Position numbers and translations under genes: made by a program. A DNA stretch of 64,000 nt from assembly GCA_963847625.1 (NCBI GenBank), contig CAWKAR010000025.1:64001-128000 (forward strand). Reading direction: 5' to 3'. Below, in pieces: positions 50,353 to 60,741 of this stretch. The notes beneath the pieces were generated by a model. It was not told where the DNA came from. It searched no databases and worked only from the letters and a program-made list of their open reading frames with translations. This stretch comes from a candidate division FCPU426 bacterium (GTDB lineage Bacteria > Oederibacteriota > Muellerivitia > Muellerivitales > Muellerivitaceae). Each line of letters opens with the position of its first letter. Within the stretch, counting starts at the first letter, position 1.

Positions 50353-52592
50353 GGTTTTCGGCCAGGCTCCCCAAAGGTTGCGGTTTGGCTTAGCAACTGC
50401 AGGCCATCCTGGGCTTCCTTTTGCTGGGGGTTCATGGCCAAGGATGCGCGGTAGGCTTGTTCAGAGTCGTTATAATCCCCAATCATGCGGTAACAATCGC
50501 CCATGCGCGCGAAAGCATAGGGGTTTCTGGGGTCTTTTTTAATGGAGTCCTGGTAGCTATTGATCGCAGCCTGCCAATTATTTATGTTGTAATAAGTTTC
50601 ACCCAGCATCAAGTATATTCGCGACAAGGTCTGGGGCTGTCGGTAATTTAACGCGTTGTTGAAACACCAAAGGGCTAAGTCAGGCATTTTGTTCATCAAG
50701 GAGAAATAACCCGTAAAGTCGTAACCGATGCCATAGGAATCCTTCATGACATCGGTGTATTCGTCCCAGTAACCCCTATCCGGGGCGGTCATGTTTCTCA
50801 AACGGTAGGTGGACCACGTCTTGTTCAATCGATCCGTGGAAAAAGCGTAATTCAAATCCTTTGTTTTCACAATCCGCCATAGAAAACCCTCCGGCACGGA
50901 GGGATTCTTTTCCCGCATCCAGGGCGCGGTGTAGATATTCGTGAAATAAAAGGATCTATCTTCGGCATGTTGATCGATGATGTCCTGGACCACCGTTTCG
51001 GGACGAATGTCATCATGTTGGTAAATATCTCGCCTCAAGGCCACCTTTAGGAAAGGCCACCGTTGGAACAGAGGATCCCTGTACCAATCATAGGGAATCA
51101 ACTGCATGGTAAAAGAAGCCACTTCCGTGCGTTTATGCTCTACGAATTGCAGATACCAGAGGGGAAGAATGTCAATGTCGCCATTACAAAGGATAACACC
51201 GGACCGATTGACGGATTTGAGCATATTCACACCCTCGTCATAGGAGCTGATGTAACGGCTTTGGTCGTTGAGGGGATAATTAAGCTCCAAAGGCACCAAG
51301 GCAAAACCAAGGCATAAGGCGGATAAAAAAAGAGGCGTGAGCCGGTAGGGCCATTCCCGGGTGACCCACTCAAAGATCGCCGCAAATCCCGCCGAAGCTA
51401 GGATGGACTCCATTAGGAAAACCGTGGTGAAAAAGTTATCCAGCGTCCATTGATAACCTTCCAACGGCTTACAGTACTTCCAAACAGCCAACAAAATGCA
51501 AAGACCCATAGCCAGGAAGCTAGCCATGCTTGTCCGTTGGCGTTTAAACAGCCATATGACTCCCATAATTAACAATATTGCGACCAGGTAGGTGAAAATG
51601 GCTCCAAACTGGTCCTGGGCATGAAAAAAAAACCGCTTGACGTTACGGATAAATGAATCCAAAGGGTGGGTCACGTCCCCGATGTTTTCATAACCTTTTC
51701 GAAGAAACGTTCCCCAAAGCCGGTCAAAATTATTTGGGTTCCACCAATTAACTATCGGATTTTGGATGGCGCGGAGTGGGAGATATATATAAACAGACAC
51801 AGGCAAAAAGGTGAAGCAAACGGCGCGAATTAAGTTAACGGTGCCCAGGGCAGATAAAATACTGACGGCATTTTCCGTAAAGTCGAACAACCGTAGCCGC
51901 AGGATGGAAGTAATGATTTTTGAAATGGGCACTCGGCGCTGTGCGGCAAGAAAAAGGATAAGATAACCTGGAAAAAGCACAAGCTGGTCATGATAATGGT
52001 TTGCCAAGCTCAGTCCGAAGACAAAGGACATGATAAGAAAGGATTTAATGAACCAACCGTTTTGCCTCATTTTGAACAATAAGAAAATCACGCTAACTGA
52101 GAGAAAGGTACTGAGAGTATAAATACCCCCTTTCGCTCCGCAGGCCTGAAACCATTGTTGATAAGAGAAAGCGAAGATAAAAGCGCCAAACAAAGAGGGG
52201 ATTTCCCAAATCCAGGGGCCCGGTTTATTCCCGTTTATAACCCCATCACCTTGTTCCACGGGACAGAAAATTTCCTTAAACATCATTTTCAGTATCCCGT
52301 AGGTCACAACTACTGATAACGTTCCCGTAATCACGGAAGCGAATGTCACCCGAAGCATCGGCTTTCCCAAGGGGAGAAGACAGTTGACCCTTCCCCAGAG
52401 AGCGTGTAAGGGATACCCGGGAGAATGGCTGATGGTCAACAGGTCGCAAACCATGATGGTTTCACCCGAATCGTTGATATTGAATGTTCCGCAATGGGTG
52501 CGTAAGTAAAAAAAGAAAATTGTAAAAAATAAACCCAAAGGAATGTACATCGTCACGCCCTTCCAAGAATCCTTTAAAACTGCATATCGCAA
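50349..52592 (-). CDS. DUF2723 (TMEM260-like GT-C) membrane glycosyltransferase with C-terminal TPRs; start uncertain
   Basis: DSGE, HSPGYPL, YIYLPLRA and GDIDILPLWYLQ motifs; many TM segments; TPR tail. Confidence 0.82.
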   Translation of the reverse strand: MRYAVLKDSWKGVTMYIPLGLFFTIFFFYLRTHCGTFNINDSGETIMVCDLLTISHSPGYPLHALWGRVNCLLPLGKPMLRVTFASVITGTLSVVVTYGILKMMFKEIFCPVEQGDGVINGNKPGPWIWEIPSLFGAFIFAFSYQQWFQACGAKGGIYTLSTFLSVSVIFLLFKMRQNGWFIKSFLIMSFVFGLSLANHYHDQLVLFPGYLILFLAAQRRVPISKIITSILRLRLFDFTENAVSILSALGTVNLIRAVCFTFLPVSVYIYLPLRAIQNPIVNWWNPNNFDRLWGTFLRKGYENIGDVTHPLDSFIRNVKRFFFHAQDQFGAIFTYLVAILLIMGVIWLFKRQRTSMASFLAMGLCILLAVWKYCKPLEGYQWTLDNFFTTVFLMESILASAGFAAIFEWVTREWPYRLTPLFLSALCLGFALVPLELNYPLNDQSRYISSYDEGVNMLKSVNRSGVILCNGDIDILPLWYLQFVEHKRTEVASFTMQLIPYDWYRDPLFQRWPFLKVALRRDIYQHDDIRPETVVQDIIDQHAEDRSFYFTNIYTAPWMREKNPSVPEGFLWRIVKTKDLNYAFSTDRLNKTWSTYRLRNMTAPDRGYWDEYTDVMKDSYGIGYDFTGYFSLMNKMPDLALWCFNNALNYRQPQTLSRIYLMLGETYYNINNWQAAINSYQDSIKKDPRNPYAFARMGDCYRMIGDYNDSEQAYRASLAMNPQQKEAQDGLQLLSQTATFGEPGRKP

Positions 52593-52686
52593 GCGTTTTT
52601 TTATCTAAATATTTTTCTTTGGTTCAAACATCTTTAATGTTATCAACTTTTATTAAATTCATAATATTATTCGGGGGAAGATTTTA

Positions 52687-53766
52687 TTAAATAAATCCTT
52701 TTTGGGTTAAATACTCCGCCACCAATAGGCCACCTTTGGCCGCGCCCATTTTAGTGTTATGTGAAACCAGCACGTATTTAAACCCATTCGACAAGGCGTT
52801 GTCGGCCCGAACTCTCCCGACTGTTGTCAACATTCCACCTTCCCGGTCCCGGTCAAGCCTCGGCTGGGGCCGGAATGGGTCCTCGGTCACGTCAATCAGG
52901 CGTTGAGGGCATGAAGGGAACTTAAGCGCAATAAAAGCTTTGCCAAAATCACGCATAACCGATTTCACCTCATCTAAAGCAGCCTTTTTTTTAAGAGAAA
53001 CATAAACAGCTTCGGTATGGGCTTCCAACACGGGAACCCGAGTGCAGGTCGCAGAAACCGGGAAAGACGCAGGAGAAATTTTACCACCCTTAAACGTTCC
53101 TAGGATTTTCTGGGTTTCTTTTTCAACTTTTTCTTCCTCTTTGGGAATATAAGGAACGACATTATCAAGGATATCCAAACTAATGACCCCTGGTGACCTT
53201 CCCGCCCCAGAGCAGGCTTGCATGGATGTCATGAGCACCTGAAGGACTTCAAACGCGTCATGAAGAGGCTTTAACGTCATAGCCAATCCTGTTGTGGTAC
53301 AGTTGGGCACGGGCGTGATAAAGCCCTTCCAGTTGCGGTTCTTTTTTTGTATGGGGATAAGCTTGTCATGGTCTAAATTAACGCCCGGGATAAAGATCGG
53401 AACATCGTTCTCATAGCGGAAAGCCGAAGCCGTTGAAACGACCGGTGTGGTTTTTGCGTAACGGGGTTCAAGTTCCTTGGCCGCATCCGATTCCACAGCA
53501 GCGAAAATTAAATCCACTTTGGAAGCGTCGATTTTCGAGGCATCTTCAACTTTAATTCCTGCAAATTCCGGATCGAGGGGTTCCTGGCAGTACCAACGAA
53601 AAGCTCCTGACACGTCGGTAATCGCTTCCTTAAATAGCTTTCCGGCTGAACGTTCTGAAGCGGCCAAAGCCGCCACTTGGAAGAAGGGGTGCCCGGAAAG
53701 AGAAGCTAAAAATTGTTGGCCCGCCACGCCGGTTGCGCCGACGACGGCGACTTTTTTCTTTTTCAT
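52687..53766 (-). CDS. asd: Aspartate-semialdehyde dehydrogenase (archaeal/fungal-like type)
   Basis: GATGVAGQ, AASERSAGK, PNCTT, SGAG, CTRVPV, RPQPRLDR and HNTKMGAA motifs. Confidence 0.95.
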   Translation of the reverse strand: MKKKKVAVVGATGVAGQQFLASLSGHPFFQVAALAASERSAGKLFKEAITDVSGAFRWYCQEPLDPEFAGIKVEDASKIDASKVDLIFAAVESDAAKELEPRYAKTTPVVSTASAFRYENDVPIFIPGVNLDHDKLIPIQKKNRNWKGFITPVPNCTTTGLAMTLKPLHDAFEVLQVLMTSMQACSGAGRSPGVISLDILDNVVPYIPKEEEKVEKETQKILGTFKGGKISPASFPVSATCTRVPVLEAHTEAVYVSLKKKAALDEVKSVMRDFGKAFIALKFPSCPQRLIDVTEDPFRPQPRLDRDREGGMLTTVGRVRADNALSNGFKYVLVSHNTKMGAAKGGLLVAEYLTQKGFI

Positions 53767-54075
53767 CTAAAAACCTCGTTGAAATATGTGATATCCGGAA
53801 CTGGGGAAGGAAAGAATATCATATTTGCATGTAGTTTCAATGCCCGAAGGCCTGTTTGTCAGAGAACGTCCTTCTCCCCTTTTCGCAAATGATTTAATAA
53901 TTCAAAAAGGGGCAAAACCGGACAACTGATCAAGGAATAACTTGGTTTTCAGACCATGTCTTTTTGACGGATTTCCCCGAAACGATGGGTCGCTTCTAAA
54001 AAGAATTACACTAGACCGGTCATAGGGTTACTTTCAAAAATTGCGCAAAAACCTGATTTTCTCCACATACGACTA

Positions 54076-54831
54076 TTATGGTATTTTGGTCTTACTGCTT
54101 GCTTCATATCGCTTTTTGCCGACATTCAAATCAATAAAGCAAAGGTAAACGCCTGGAGGCAAAAACCGCCCCTCCTCATCCTTCCCATCCCATGAAAATT
54201 CATGGGGACCGGCGGTCAAGTATTCCAGTTTTTCTTTCTTATTAAACTCATAAATCCGAATGATCCTAAAACCAGAGGTGTAAATTTTCAGGAATACCTT
54301 CTCCACGGGGGTGTTTGCCGCCCAGGAAAATTTCACCAATCCATCACTATCAGGTTTGGGTGAAATTAAGAATTTAAATATACCGGGTGTGGATGTTGCC
54401 GTTGGAGTCGCCGTGGAAGTTCTTGTGGCTGTAACGGTGACAGTGTGCGTAACGGTTGGAGTTGGGGTTGGCGTTACGGATGGGGAGAGGGTACCCGTGG
54501 GAGTATAAGTGAAAGTGATGGTAGGCGTAGGGGTCGATGAAGGAGTCGGCGTTATGGACGGGGAGAGTGTGCCTGTGGGAGTCGGCGAAATAGTGACCGT
54601 AGGCGTGAAAGAAGGTGAAGGGGTTGGCGTGAATGTGGGGGATAAAATCTCAATGGGCGTGGGGGTTAAAACCTGGCCATGGGAAATACCCAAAGTGGCT
54701 ATAAGAAGACTGAGTGTTAAAATTCCATGTTTCAAATTGGCATTGATAGCTTCCGGAAAACCGCACATTTTATTGATTTTTTTAAATAATCCTCGGAAGA
54801 TCGGGAAATAGGTCAACCAACACCTCATCAA
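54076..54831 (-). CDS. Small secreted Pro/Thr-rich protein with a FlgD-Ig/CTD-like tail (start probably downstream of 54831)
   Basis: Hydrophobic signal, TPT repeats, tail LKIYTSGFRIIR...WDGKDEEG...PGVYL. Confidence 0.7.
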   Translation of the reverse strand: MMRCWLTYFPIFRGLFKKINKMCGFPEAINANLKHGILTLSLLIATLGISHGQVLTPTPIEILSPTFTPTPSPSFTPTVTISPTPTGTLSPSITPTPSSTPTPTITFTYTPTGTLSPSVTPTPTPTVTHTVTVTATRTSTATPTATSTPGIFKFLISPKPDSDGLVKFSWAANTPVEKVFLKIYTSGFRIIRIYEFNKKEKLEYLTAGPHEFSWDGKDEEGRFLPPGVYLCFIDLNVGKKRYEASSKTKIP

Positions 54832-54835
54832 CCCA

Positions 54836-55912
54836 TTATTTTATTTCTTTTATGATCAAGTTGCCCATTTCAGCGCAAGAGGATATTTTTTCTCCTTTTT
54901 TCGCCAAATCGGCCGTGCGAAATCCCTGATTCAGGACTTTTTCGACCGCATTTTCAACTGCGGTTGATTCTTTCAAAAGATGAAAACTATATTTTAGCAT
55001 CATCGCGATAGACAAAATCATGGCCAACGGGTTGGCCTTCCCCGTTCCGGCGATATTAGGAGCCGATCCATGGGAAGGTTCGTAGAGCCCCACTTTCCCG
55101 CCCAGGGAAGCTGAGGGAAGCATGCCTAGTGAACCGGTGAGCATGGAGGCTTCGTCTGATAGGATATCCCCGAACAAATTGGTGGTGACTAAAACATCAA
55201 ACTGCTTGGGATTGAGTATCAACTGCATGGCCGCGTTATCCACCAATTGGTGCTCAAAAAAGATGTCAGGGTATTTTTTCGAGGTCTCTTCGGCCGCATC
55301 GTGCCAAAGTCGTGAAGACTCTAAAACATTAAACTTGTCCACACTAGTGACTTTCCTGCGCCGTAATTTTGCTAATTCAAAGGCCAGACTGGCGATTCTT
55401 TCCACTTCGCGGGTATGATATATTTCAGTATTGACCCCGTACCTTTCCTGACCTTCCCCAAAGATGCCCCGGGGTTCCCCAAAGTAAATGCCGGAGATAA
55501 GTTCCCGGACAATCAACATATCTACTCCGTCGATGATTTCCGGCTTCAGTGTGGAGGCTTCCTTTAATGCGGCAAAGAGTTTCACTGGACGCAGGTTGGC
55601 GTAAAGATCAAGACCCTTGCGAAGGCCCAGTATCCCTGCCTCGGGCCGTTTCTTATTTTCCAACTTATCCCACTTGGGTCCGCCCATGGGGGCCTTGATC
55701 ACCGCTTGGCCCGCTTGACAAGCCTTGAGGGTATGATCCGGAAGAGGCGTATCAAATTTGTCGATGGCCGCCCCGCCGGCGTCCTGGTTTTCAAATTCGA
55801 ATTTATGCCCAAAAACTTCACCCACCCGACCCAGCACTTTCATGGATTCCAGGCAGATTTCAGGACCGATCCCGTCTCCGGCTAGAACGACTATATGAAA
55901 GTTCAATGCCAA
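54836..55912 (-). CDS. leuB: 3-isopropylmalate dehydrogenase
   Basis: GDGIGPE, ANLRP, NLFGDILSD and EPSHGSAP motifs. Confidence 0.97.
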   Translation of the reverse strand: MALNFHIVVLAGDGIGPEICLESMKVLGRVGEVFGHKFEFENQDAGGAAIDKFDTPLPDHTLKACQAGQAVIKAPMGGPKWDKLENKKRPEAGILGLRKGLDLYANLRPVKLFAALKEASTLKPEIIDGVDMLIVRELISGIYFGEPRGIFGEGQERYGVNTEIYHTREVERIASLAFELAKLRRRKVTSVDKFNVLESSRLWHDAAEETSKKYPDIFFEHQLVDNAAMQLILNPKQFDVLVTTNLFGDILSDEASMLTGSLGMLPSASLGGKVGLYEPSHGSAPNIAGTGKANPLAMILSIAMMLKYSFHLLKESTAVENAVEKVLNQGFRTADLAKKGEKISSCAEMGNLIIKEIK

Positions 55913-55944
55913 ATCCTTTTTTTCGGGCGAAGGCCGTCTGAGGG

Positions 55945-57522
55945 TTAAATGCCTTTCATGGCCGCAAATGCGGCTTTTGCGCTTTTCTTTTTATGTTTTA
56001 AGAAAAGTTTGTTGACGCCGCTTAGGTAAGCCTTGGCCGAAGCTTCTATGACGTCGGTGGAAACACCCCGGCCGTGGACTTCATCGCCGTCAACAGAAAT
56101 ACTTACCGTTACTTCCCCCTGGGCATCCCTCCCCTGGGTCAGGGCTTTCAAGGCATAATTCTGGAGCTTTCCCTTAAAACCAGTGGCCCGATCAATGGCG
56201 TTGAAAACCGCGTCCACCGGGCCGTCACCTGTGGCCGCCTCCTGCACTTCCTTGTCACCCTTTTTGATCTTCAAGGTGGCCGTGGGCAGGGTAGAAGTTC
56301 CAGCGGACGTGTGCAAATAGGTCAACTGATAAAGCTCGGCGGAGGAGTAAATCTTCTCCTCGATCAAAGCCTCGATGTCTTCGTCATAGATATCTTTTTT
56401 CTTATCGGCTAATTCCTTGAACTTGGAAAAAAGAGTCTCCACGATTTCTTCCGCGAGGTTGTAGCCCAAGCCTTCCAACCGGCTTTTAAAAGCATGACGG
56501 CCCGAATGTTTACCCAAAACCAGACGACTGGAAGGTATACCAATGGATTGGGGCGTCATGATCTCATAGGTTTGGCCATATTTGAGAATGCCGTCCTGAT
56601 GGATGCCGCTTTCATGGGCGAATGCGTTGCTTCCTACGACGGCCTTGTTGGGCTGGATTAAAAATCCAGTTAAGGTCGAAACCAGCCGGCTGGTCTTGTA
56701 AATTTCCTGGGTATTAATATTCGTATAGAAGGGGTACTTGTCCGAACGGGTTTTGAGGATCATGACGATCTCTTCCAGGCTCGCGTTACCCGCCCGCTCG
56801 CCGATGCCGTTGATCGTGCACTCAACCTGCCTCACTCCGTTTTGGATGCCCGCGATGGAATTGGCGACCGCAAGCCCCAGGTCGTTATGGCAGTGGACCG
56901 AAATGATGGCTTTTTCAATGTTGGGAACCTTGTTGCGTAAATAGGCTATGGTTTTGCCGAACTCTTCAGGAATGGAGTAACCCACTGTATCCGGGATATT
57001 GACCGTCCGGGCACCATGCTTAATGGCCATTTCGATCATCTTGCACAGATAATCCAAATCCGAACGGGAAGCGTCCATAGCGGAAAATTCCACATCTTCC
57101 ACGTATCGGCGGGCCAATTTGACCGAGTCAATGGCCGTTTGAAGGATCTCCTCCCGGGACTTGCGGAAGAGATACTTGAGGTGGATGTCGGAAGAGGAAA
57201 TGAAAGTGTGGATGCGGGGCCGTTTGGCGGATTTGACTGCCTTGGCGCTGGCTTCAATGTCTTTCTTGATGGCGCGCGCCAAGCCGGCTACGACCGTTTT
57301 CTTGAGAGTCTTGGCGATTTTTTCAACCGCCTCGAAATCTCCGGGGGAAGCAGCGGGAAAACCCGCCTCAATGATGTCGATACCCAGCTTTTCCAGCTGG
57401 ATCGCGATCTTGATTTTTTCCTCGGTGTTGAGGCTGGCCCCGGGGGCCTGTTCCCCATCCCTAAGGGTGGTGTCAAAAATAAAAATTCTTTCTTGTTTTG
57501 GCGAACCGCGTTTAGGTTTCAT
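55945..57522 (-). CDS. leuA: 2-isopropylmalate synthase
   Basis: [31 protein letters not shown] and GDGPVDA motifs. Confidence 0.97.
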   Translation of the reverse strand: MKPKRGSPKQERIFIFDTTLRDGEQAPGASLNTEEKIKIAIQLEKLGIDIIEAGFPAASPGDFEAVEKIAKTLKKTVVAGLARAIKKDIEASAKAVKSAKRPRIHTFISSSDIHLKYLFRKSREEILQTAIDSVKLARRYVEDVEFSAMDASRSDLDYLCKMIEMAIKHGARTVNIPDTVGYSIPEEFGKTIAYLRNKVPNIEKAIISVHCHNDLGLAVANSIAGIQNGVRQVECTINGIGERAGNASLEEIVMILKTRSDKYPFYTNINTQEIYKTSRLVSTLTGFLIQPNKAVVGSNAFAHESGIHQDGILKYGQTYEIMTPQSIGIPSSRLVLGKHSGRHAFKSRLEGLGYNLAEEIVETLFSKFKELADKKKDIYDEDIEALIEEKIYSSAELYQLTYLHTSAGTSTLPTATLKIKKGDKEVQEAATGDGPVDAVFNAIDRATGFKGKLQNYALKALTQGRDAQGEVTVSISVDGDEVHGRGVSTDVIEASAKAYLSGVNKLFLKHKKKSAKAAFAAMKGI

Positions 57523-57536
57523 TTATTTCTCCTAAT

Positions 57537-58436
57537 TTATATCCGGTCGATGTTGGACAAATTTTGAGTGTGAATAGATTTTGTTTTCTTTATTTTTTCA
57601 ACGCTCTTTTTTGTAAGTGCTTGGACAATCCCCCACAAGAGATAAATCGTCAAAAATACGAATGCGGTCGGTTCAAATGCGTAAAAAAGCAAGAAAATGA
57701 GCATCACCATCATCATCAGGGTCAACGGTTTTATGGTTTCCCTCCTCAGTTTTTTCAAGCCGGGATATCGGATTGTTGAAACCATAACAAGCGCCACTAC
57801 GACTGTCAGTATTGGGATAAAACGGAGTTCAATACTGCTTAGATTTTCCTCGTACAAGTTCATGACCTTATTCAAGAAAATACCTTTCCCATACCAGCCG
57901 CCCCAACGGGACAGGAGGACATAACTAGTAAGCAATCCCGCAGCCGCGGGACTCGGCAAGCCCATGAAATGAGTCTTTTCCTCAACTTGCGACTGGACGT
58001 TGAAACGGGCCAACCTGATGGCGGCGCAAACCACGTACAAGACCATAATAAAAATTCCCCAGGGTATGTACCTAAGGACGGATAAATATATCAAAAGAGC
58101 CGGGGCCACTCCAAAACTGATCAAGTCGGATAAGCTGTCGAATTCCACCCCGAATTTCGAGGTGGTTCCCGTGACGCGAGCTACGAAACCATCCATAAAG
58201 TCGACAAAGGCGGCGGCGATGATGAGTCGGGCGGGCCAGACAAAGGGTATGATCTTTGTTTCTGCCGCCAAGGACAAGTTTAAGGAATCATCGATGGCAA
58301 AGCGGATGGCCAGGATCCCTAATACCATATTGATGGCCGTAAAAAAATTCGGAAGCAAGTAAATGGACTTCCGCAGCCGCGAGTTGGCCGCCCGGCCCGA
58401 CTCATATTCGCTTGATTTTATTCTCAGTGCGCTCAT
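57537..58436 (-). CDS. pssA: CDP-diacylglycerol--serine O-phosphatidyltransferase
   Basis: DFMDGFVAR...FGVEFDSLSD, RLARFN and FMGLPSP motifs. Confidence 0.93.
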   Translation of the reverse strand: MSALRIKSSEYESGRAANSRLRKSIYLLPNFFTAINMVLGILAIRFAIDDSLNLSLAAETKIIPFVWPARLIIAAAFVDFMDGFVARVTGTTSKFGVEFDSLSDLISFGVAPALLIYLSVLRYIPWGIFIMVLYVVCAAIRLARFNVQSQVEEKTHFMGLPSPAAAGLLTSYVLLSRWGGWYGKGIFLNKVMNLYEENLSSIELRFIPILTVVVALVMVSTIRYPGLKKLRRETIKPLTLMMMVMLIFLLFYAFEPTAFVFLTIYLLWGIVQALTKKSVEKIKKTKSIHTQNLSNIDRI

Positions 58437-59101
58437 TTCAATTCCCCTAACACCGTTAAACCGGCTTGTACCTTGTCTCCCAATTTAACAACGGGCTTAA
58501 AATCCATGGGAAGAAACAGATCCACCCGGGAACCAAGCAGGATTCTCCCGAAACGTTCCCCCCGTTTTAACCGCTTGCCATTCTCGGCATCGGTCTTTAC
58601 TCTCCGGCAAAGGAAACCTGCGATCTGTTTGAGGACAGCTCTCCTTTTTTTTCTTCCCGGGAGTTCCAATACCAAGTGAGCCTGTTCATTTTTTAAATCG
58701 GCCTTATCTTCATAAGCCGCCAGAAATTGACCCGGGTGGTAAACTTTTTTCACCACCCGGCTATCGAAAGGAGCCCGTTGGACGTGGTTGTTCAATGGGT
58801 TCATGAAAATGGCGATGTGGAATGCCCGCTTTTTGAGGTAAAGCCTTTCAAATTCTTCCCCAAAAACCACAATTTTTCCATCTGCCGGGCTTACAACCTC
58901 GTTCGGATCCAACAAGCTGTCAGGTATCCGTTCAAAATCCCTGAAAAAATTCAACATCAGGGCTATCGCCAACAAAATCACAACGCCTGTTAAGATTAGC
59001 CAAAACATCTGGTAATGCTTACCCACACCCACCAAGGCCATGCCAGCCAAAAAGGTCGGCACAACCATGCTCCAAGTTTCTTTAACAAATGGCAGCTTCA
59101 T
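58433..59101 (-). CDS. psd: Phosphatidylserine decarboxylase proenzyme
   Basis: FFRD, SPADGK, IFM and QIAG motifs; LGS autocleavage site. Confidence 0.92.
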   Translation of the reverse strand: MKLPFVKETWSMVVPTFLAGMALVGVGKHYQMFWLILTGVVILLAIALMLNFFRDFERIPDSLLDPNEVVSPADGKIVVFGEEFERLYLKKRAFHIAIFMNPLNNHVQRAPFDSRVVKKVYHPGQFLAAYEDKADLKNEQAHLVLELPGRKKRRAVLKQIAGFLCRRVKTDAENGKRLKRGERFGRILLGSRVDLFLPMDFKPVVKLGDKVQAGLTVLGELK

Positions 59102-60099
59102 TATTTCTCGGCTGGTTTGCTCCAGTTGAACATGCTCCTTACCTGGGCCCCAACTTTCTCTATCAAATGCTGGGAATCGTTCTTTAACAGAGCGTTATAA
59201 ACAGGCCGATTGGCCAGGTTTTCCAGTATGAACTCCCGTGCGAATGAACCGGACTGGATTTCCGCCAGGATTCGCTGCATTTCATGACGTGTACTATCGT
59301 TAATGATACGACGTCCCCGGGTAACATCACCGTATTTCGCCGTGGTTGAAATGGCATCCCTCATGCCACTAATGCCTTTTTCGTATATCAGGTCCACTAT
59401 AAGTTTCACCTCATGGAGACATTCAAAGTAGGCTGATTCGGGCTGATAACCAGCCGCCACGAGAGTCTCAAAACCGGATCGAATCAATTCTGTTAAACCC
59501 CCGCACAAAACCACTTGTTCCCCGAACAAATCGGTTTCAGTTTCTTCCTTGAAAGTTGTCTCCAAAATCCCTGCTCGGGTGGCGCCGATAGCCTTTCCAT
59601 AGGCCAAAGCCAACTTCAGGGCGTTCCCTGTGGCATTTTGAAATACAGCCACCAAGGCCGGAACTCCCTTACCATCTAAATAGGTCCGGCGAACCAAATG
59701 GCCGGGACTTTTTGGCGCAATCATGAATACGTCCACGTCAGAAGGCGGTACGATCTGGCCGAAATGGATGTTGAATCCATGAGAAAACATGAGGGCTTTT
59801 CCCGCTTTCATCGAAGGAAGAATATCGTTTCGGTAAAGGGCTCCCTGGAGGTCGTCTTGAATAAGAATTTGGATGATATCGGCTTTGGCCGCCGCTTCCT
59901 TGGCATTATAGACTGCTATTCCATCAGCTTTGGCCTGTTGTATAGTCTTTTCGAACTTTTCGGCGACAATAACCGAAATGCCGGAATCCTTCAGATTCAA
60001 AGCTTGATTTCGCCCTTGGTTACCGTAACCAATAATCGCGATTGTTTTACCCTTAAGAACGTTTAAATCGGCATCCTGTTCGTAATAAATTTTTGCCAT
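59101..60099 (-). CDS. ilvC: Ketol-acid reductoisomerase
   Basis: GYGNQG, APKSPGH and [14 protein letters not shown] motifs; start ATG 60099. Confidence 0.97.
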   Translation of the reverse strand: MAKIYYEQDADLNVLKGKTIAIIGYGNQGRNQALNLKDSGISVIVAEKFEKTIQQAKADGIAVYNAKEAAAKADIIQILIQDDLQGALYRNDILPSMKAGKALMFSHGFNIHFGQIVPPSDVDVFMIAPKSPGHLVRRTYLDGKGVPALVAVFQNATGNALKLALAYGKAIGATRAGILETTFKEETETDLFGEQVVLCGGLTELIRSGFETLVAAGYQPESAYFECLHEVKLIVDLIYEKGISGMRDAISTTAKYGDVTRGRRIINDSTRHEMQRILAEIQSGSFAREFILENLANRPVYNALLKNDSQHLIEKVGAQVRSMFNWSKPAEK

Positions 60100-60198
60100 T
60101 TTCACTTCCTCCCTTTTTTGCTGACTAACCACCAATCGCACACCGTAACAAAATTTCAAAGATTTATTTTTCAGGCTACTTAAGATTGAAAACCAATT

Positions 60199-60741
60199 TT
60201 AAAGATTGGACTGTCCGGCTTTTCCGGCCTGCACTTTTACTGTTTTTTCTTCTTCCTCGTGAACTTTCTTTCCCCGGGAAATGGCAACCTCACCGGTACG
60301 AACCATTTCAATAATTCCATAATTTTTCAAAAGTTCGATCATCCCATTGATCTTACTTTCCTTGCCCGTGACCTCGATGATGAAGCTCTTGAGGGCCACG
60401 TCCACGATTTTAGCGTCGAAGCATTGGACGATTTCCATGACCTGGCTTCGCGAGTGGGGCTCTGCCTTGACCTTGATGAGGGTCAAGTCCCGTGCGATGA
60501 AATCGTCGCCAGTCAAGTCCACCACTTTAATAACGTCGACAAGCTTGTTCAACTGCTTTTCCACCTGATCAATGATCTGGTCGTCGCCCTTCGCGACGAT
60601 GGTCATTCGGGAGATGGCAGGGTTGTCGGTGATGCCCACCACCAGGCTGTCGATGTTGTAACCCCGAGCCGAGAAAAGATTTGAAACCCGGGAAAGCACC
60701 CCCGCATGATTATTCACTAAAACCGAAATAGTATGCCTCAT
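60199..60741 (-). CDS. ilvN: Acetolactate synthase small subunit
   Basis: MRHTISVLVNNHAGVLSRV...RGYNIDSL...KQLNKLVDV. Confidence 0.96.
   Translation of the reverse strand: MRHTISVLVNNHAGVLSRVSNLFSARGYNIDSLVVGITDNPAISRMTIVAKGDDQIIDQVEKQLNKLVDVIKVVDLTGDDFIARDLTLIKVKAEPHSRSQVMEIVQCFDAKIVDVALKSFIIEVTGKESKINGMIELLKNYGIIEMVRTGEVAISRGKKVHEEEEKTVKVQAGKAGQSNL

Noticed and set aside
53770..54070. Lysine or c-di-GMP riboswitch upstream of asd
   Set aside because: No consensus motifs recognised on either strand.
42775..54670. Tandem GGGGT/GTGGG-like repeats at 42.8-43.0, 44.3-44.7 and 54.4-54.7 kb as a CRISPR array or VNTR
   Set aside because: They encode Pro/Thr linkers; there is no constant repeat with unique spacers and no cas gene.
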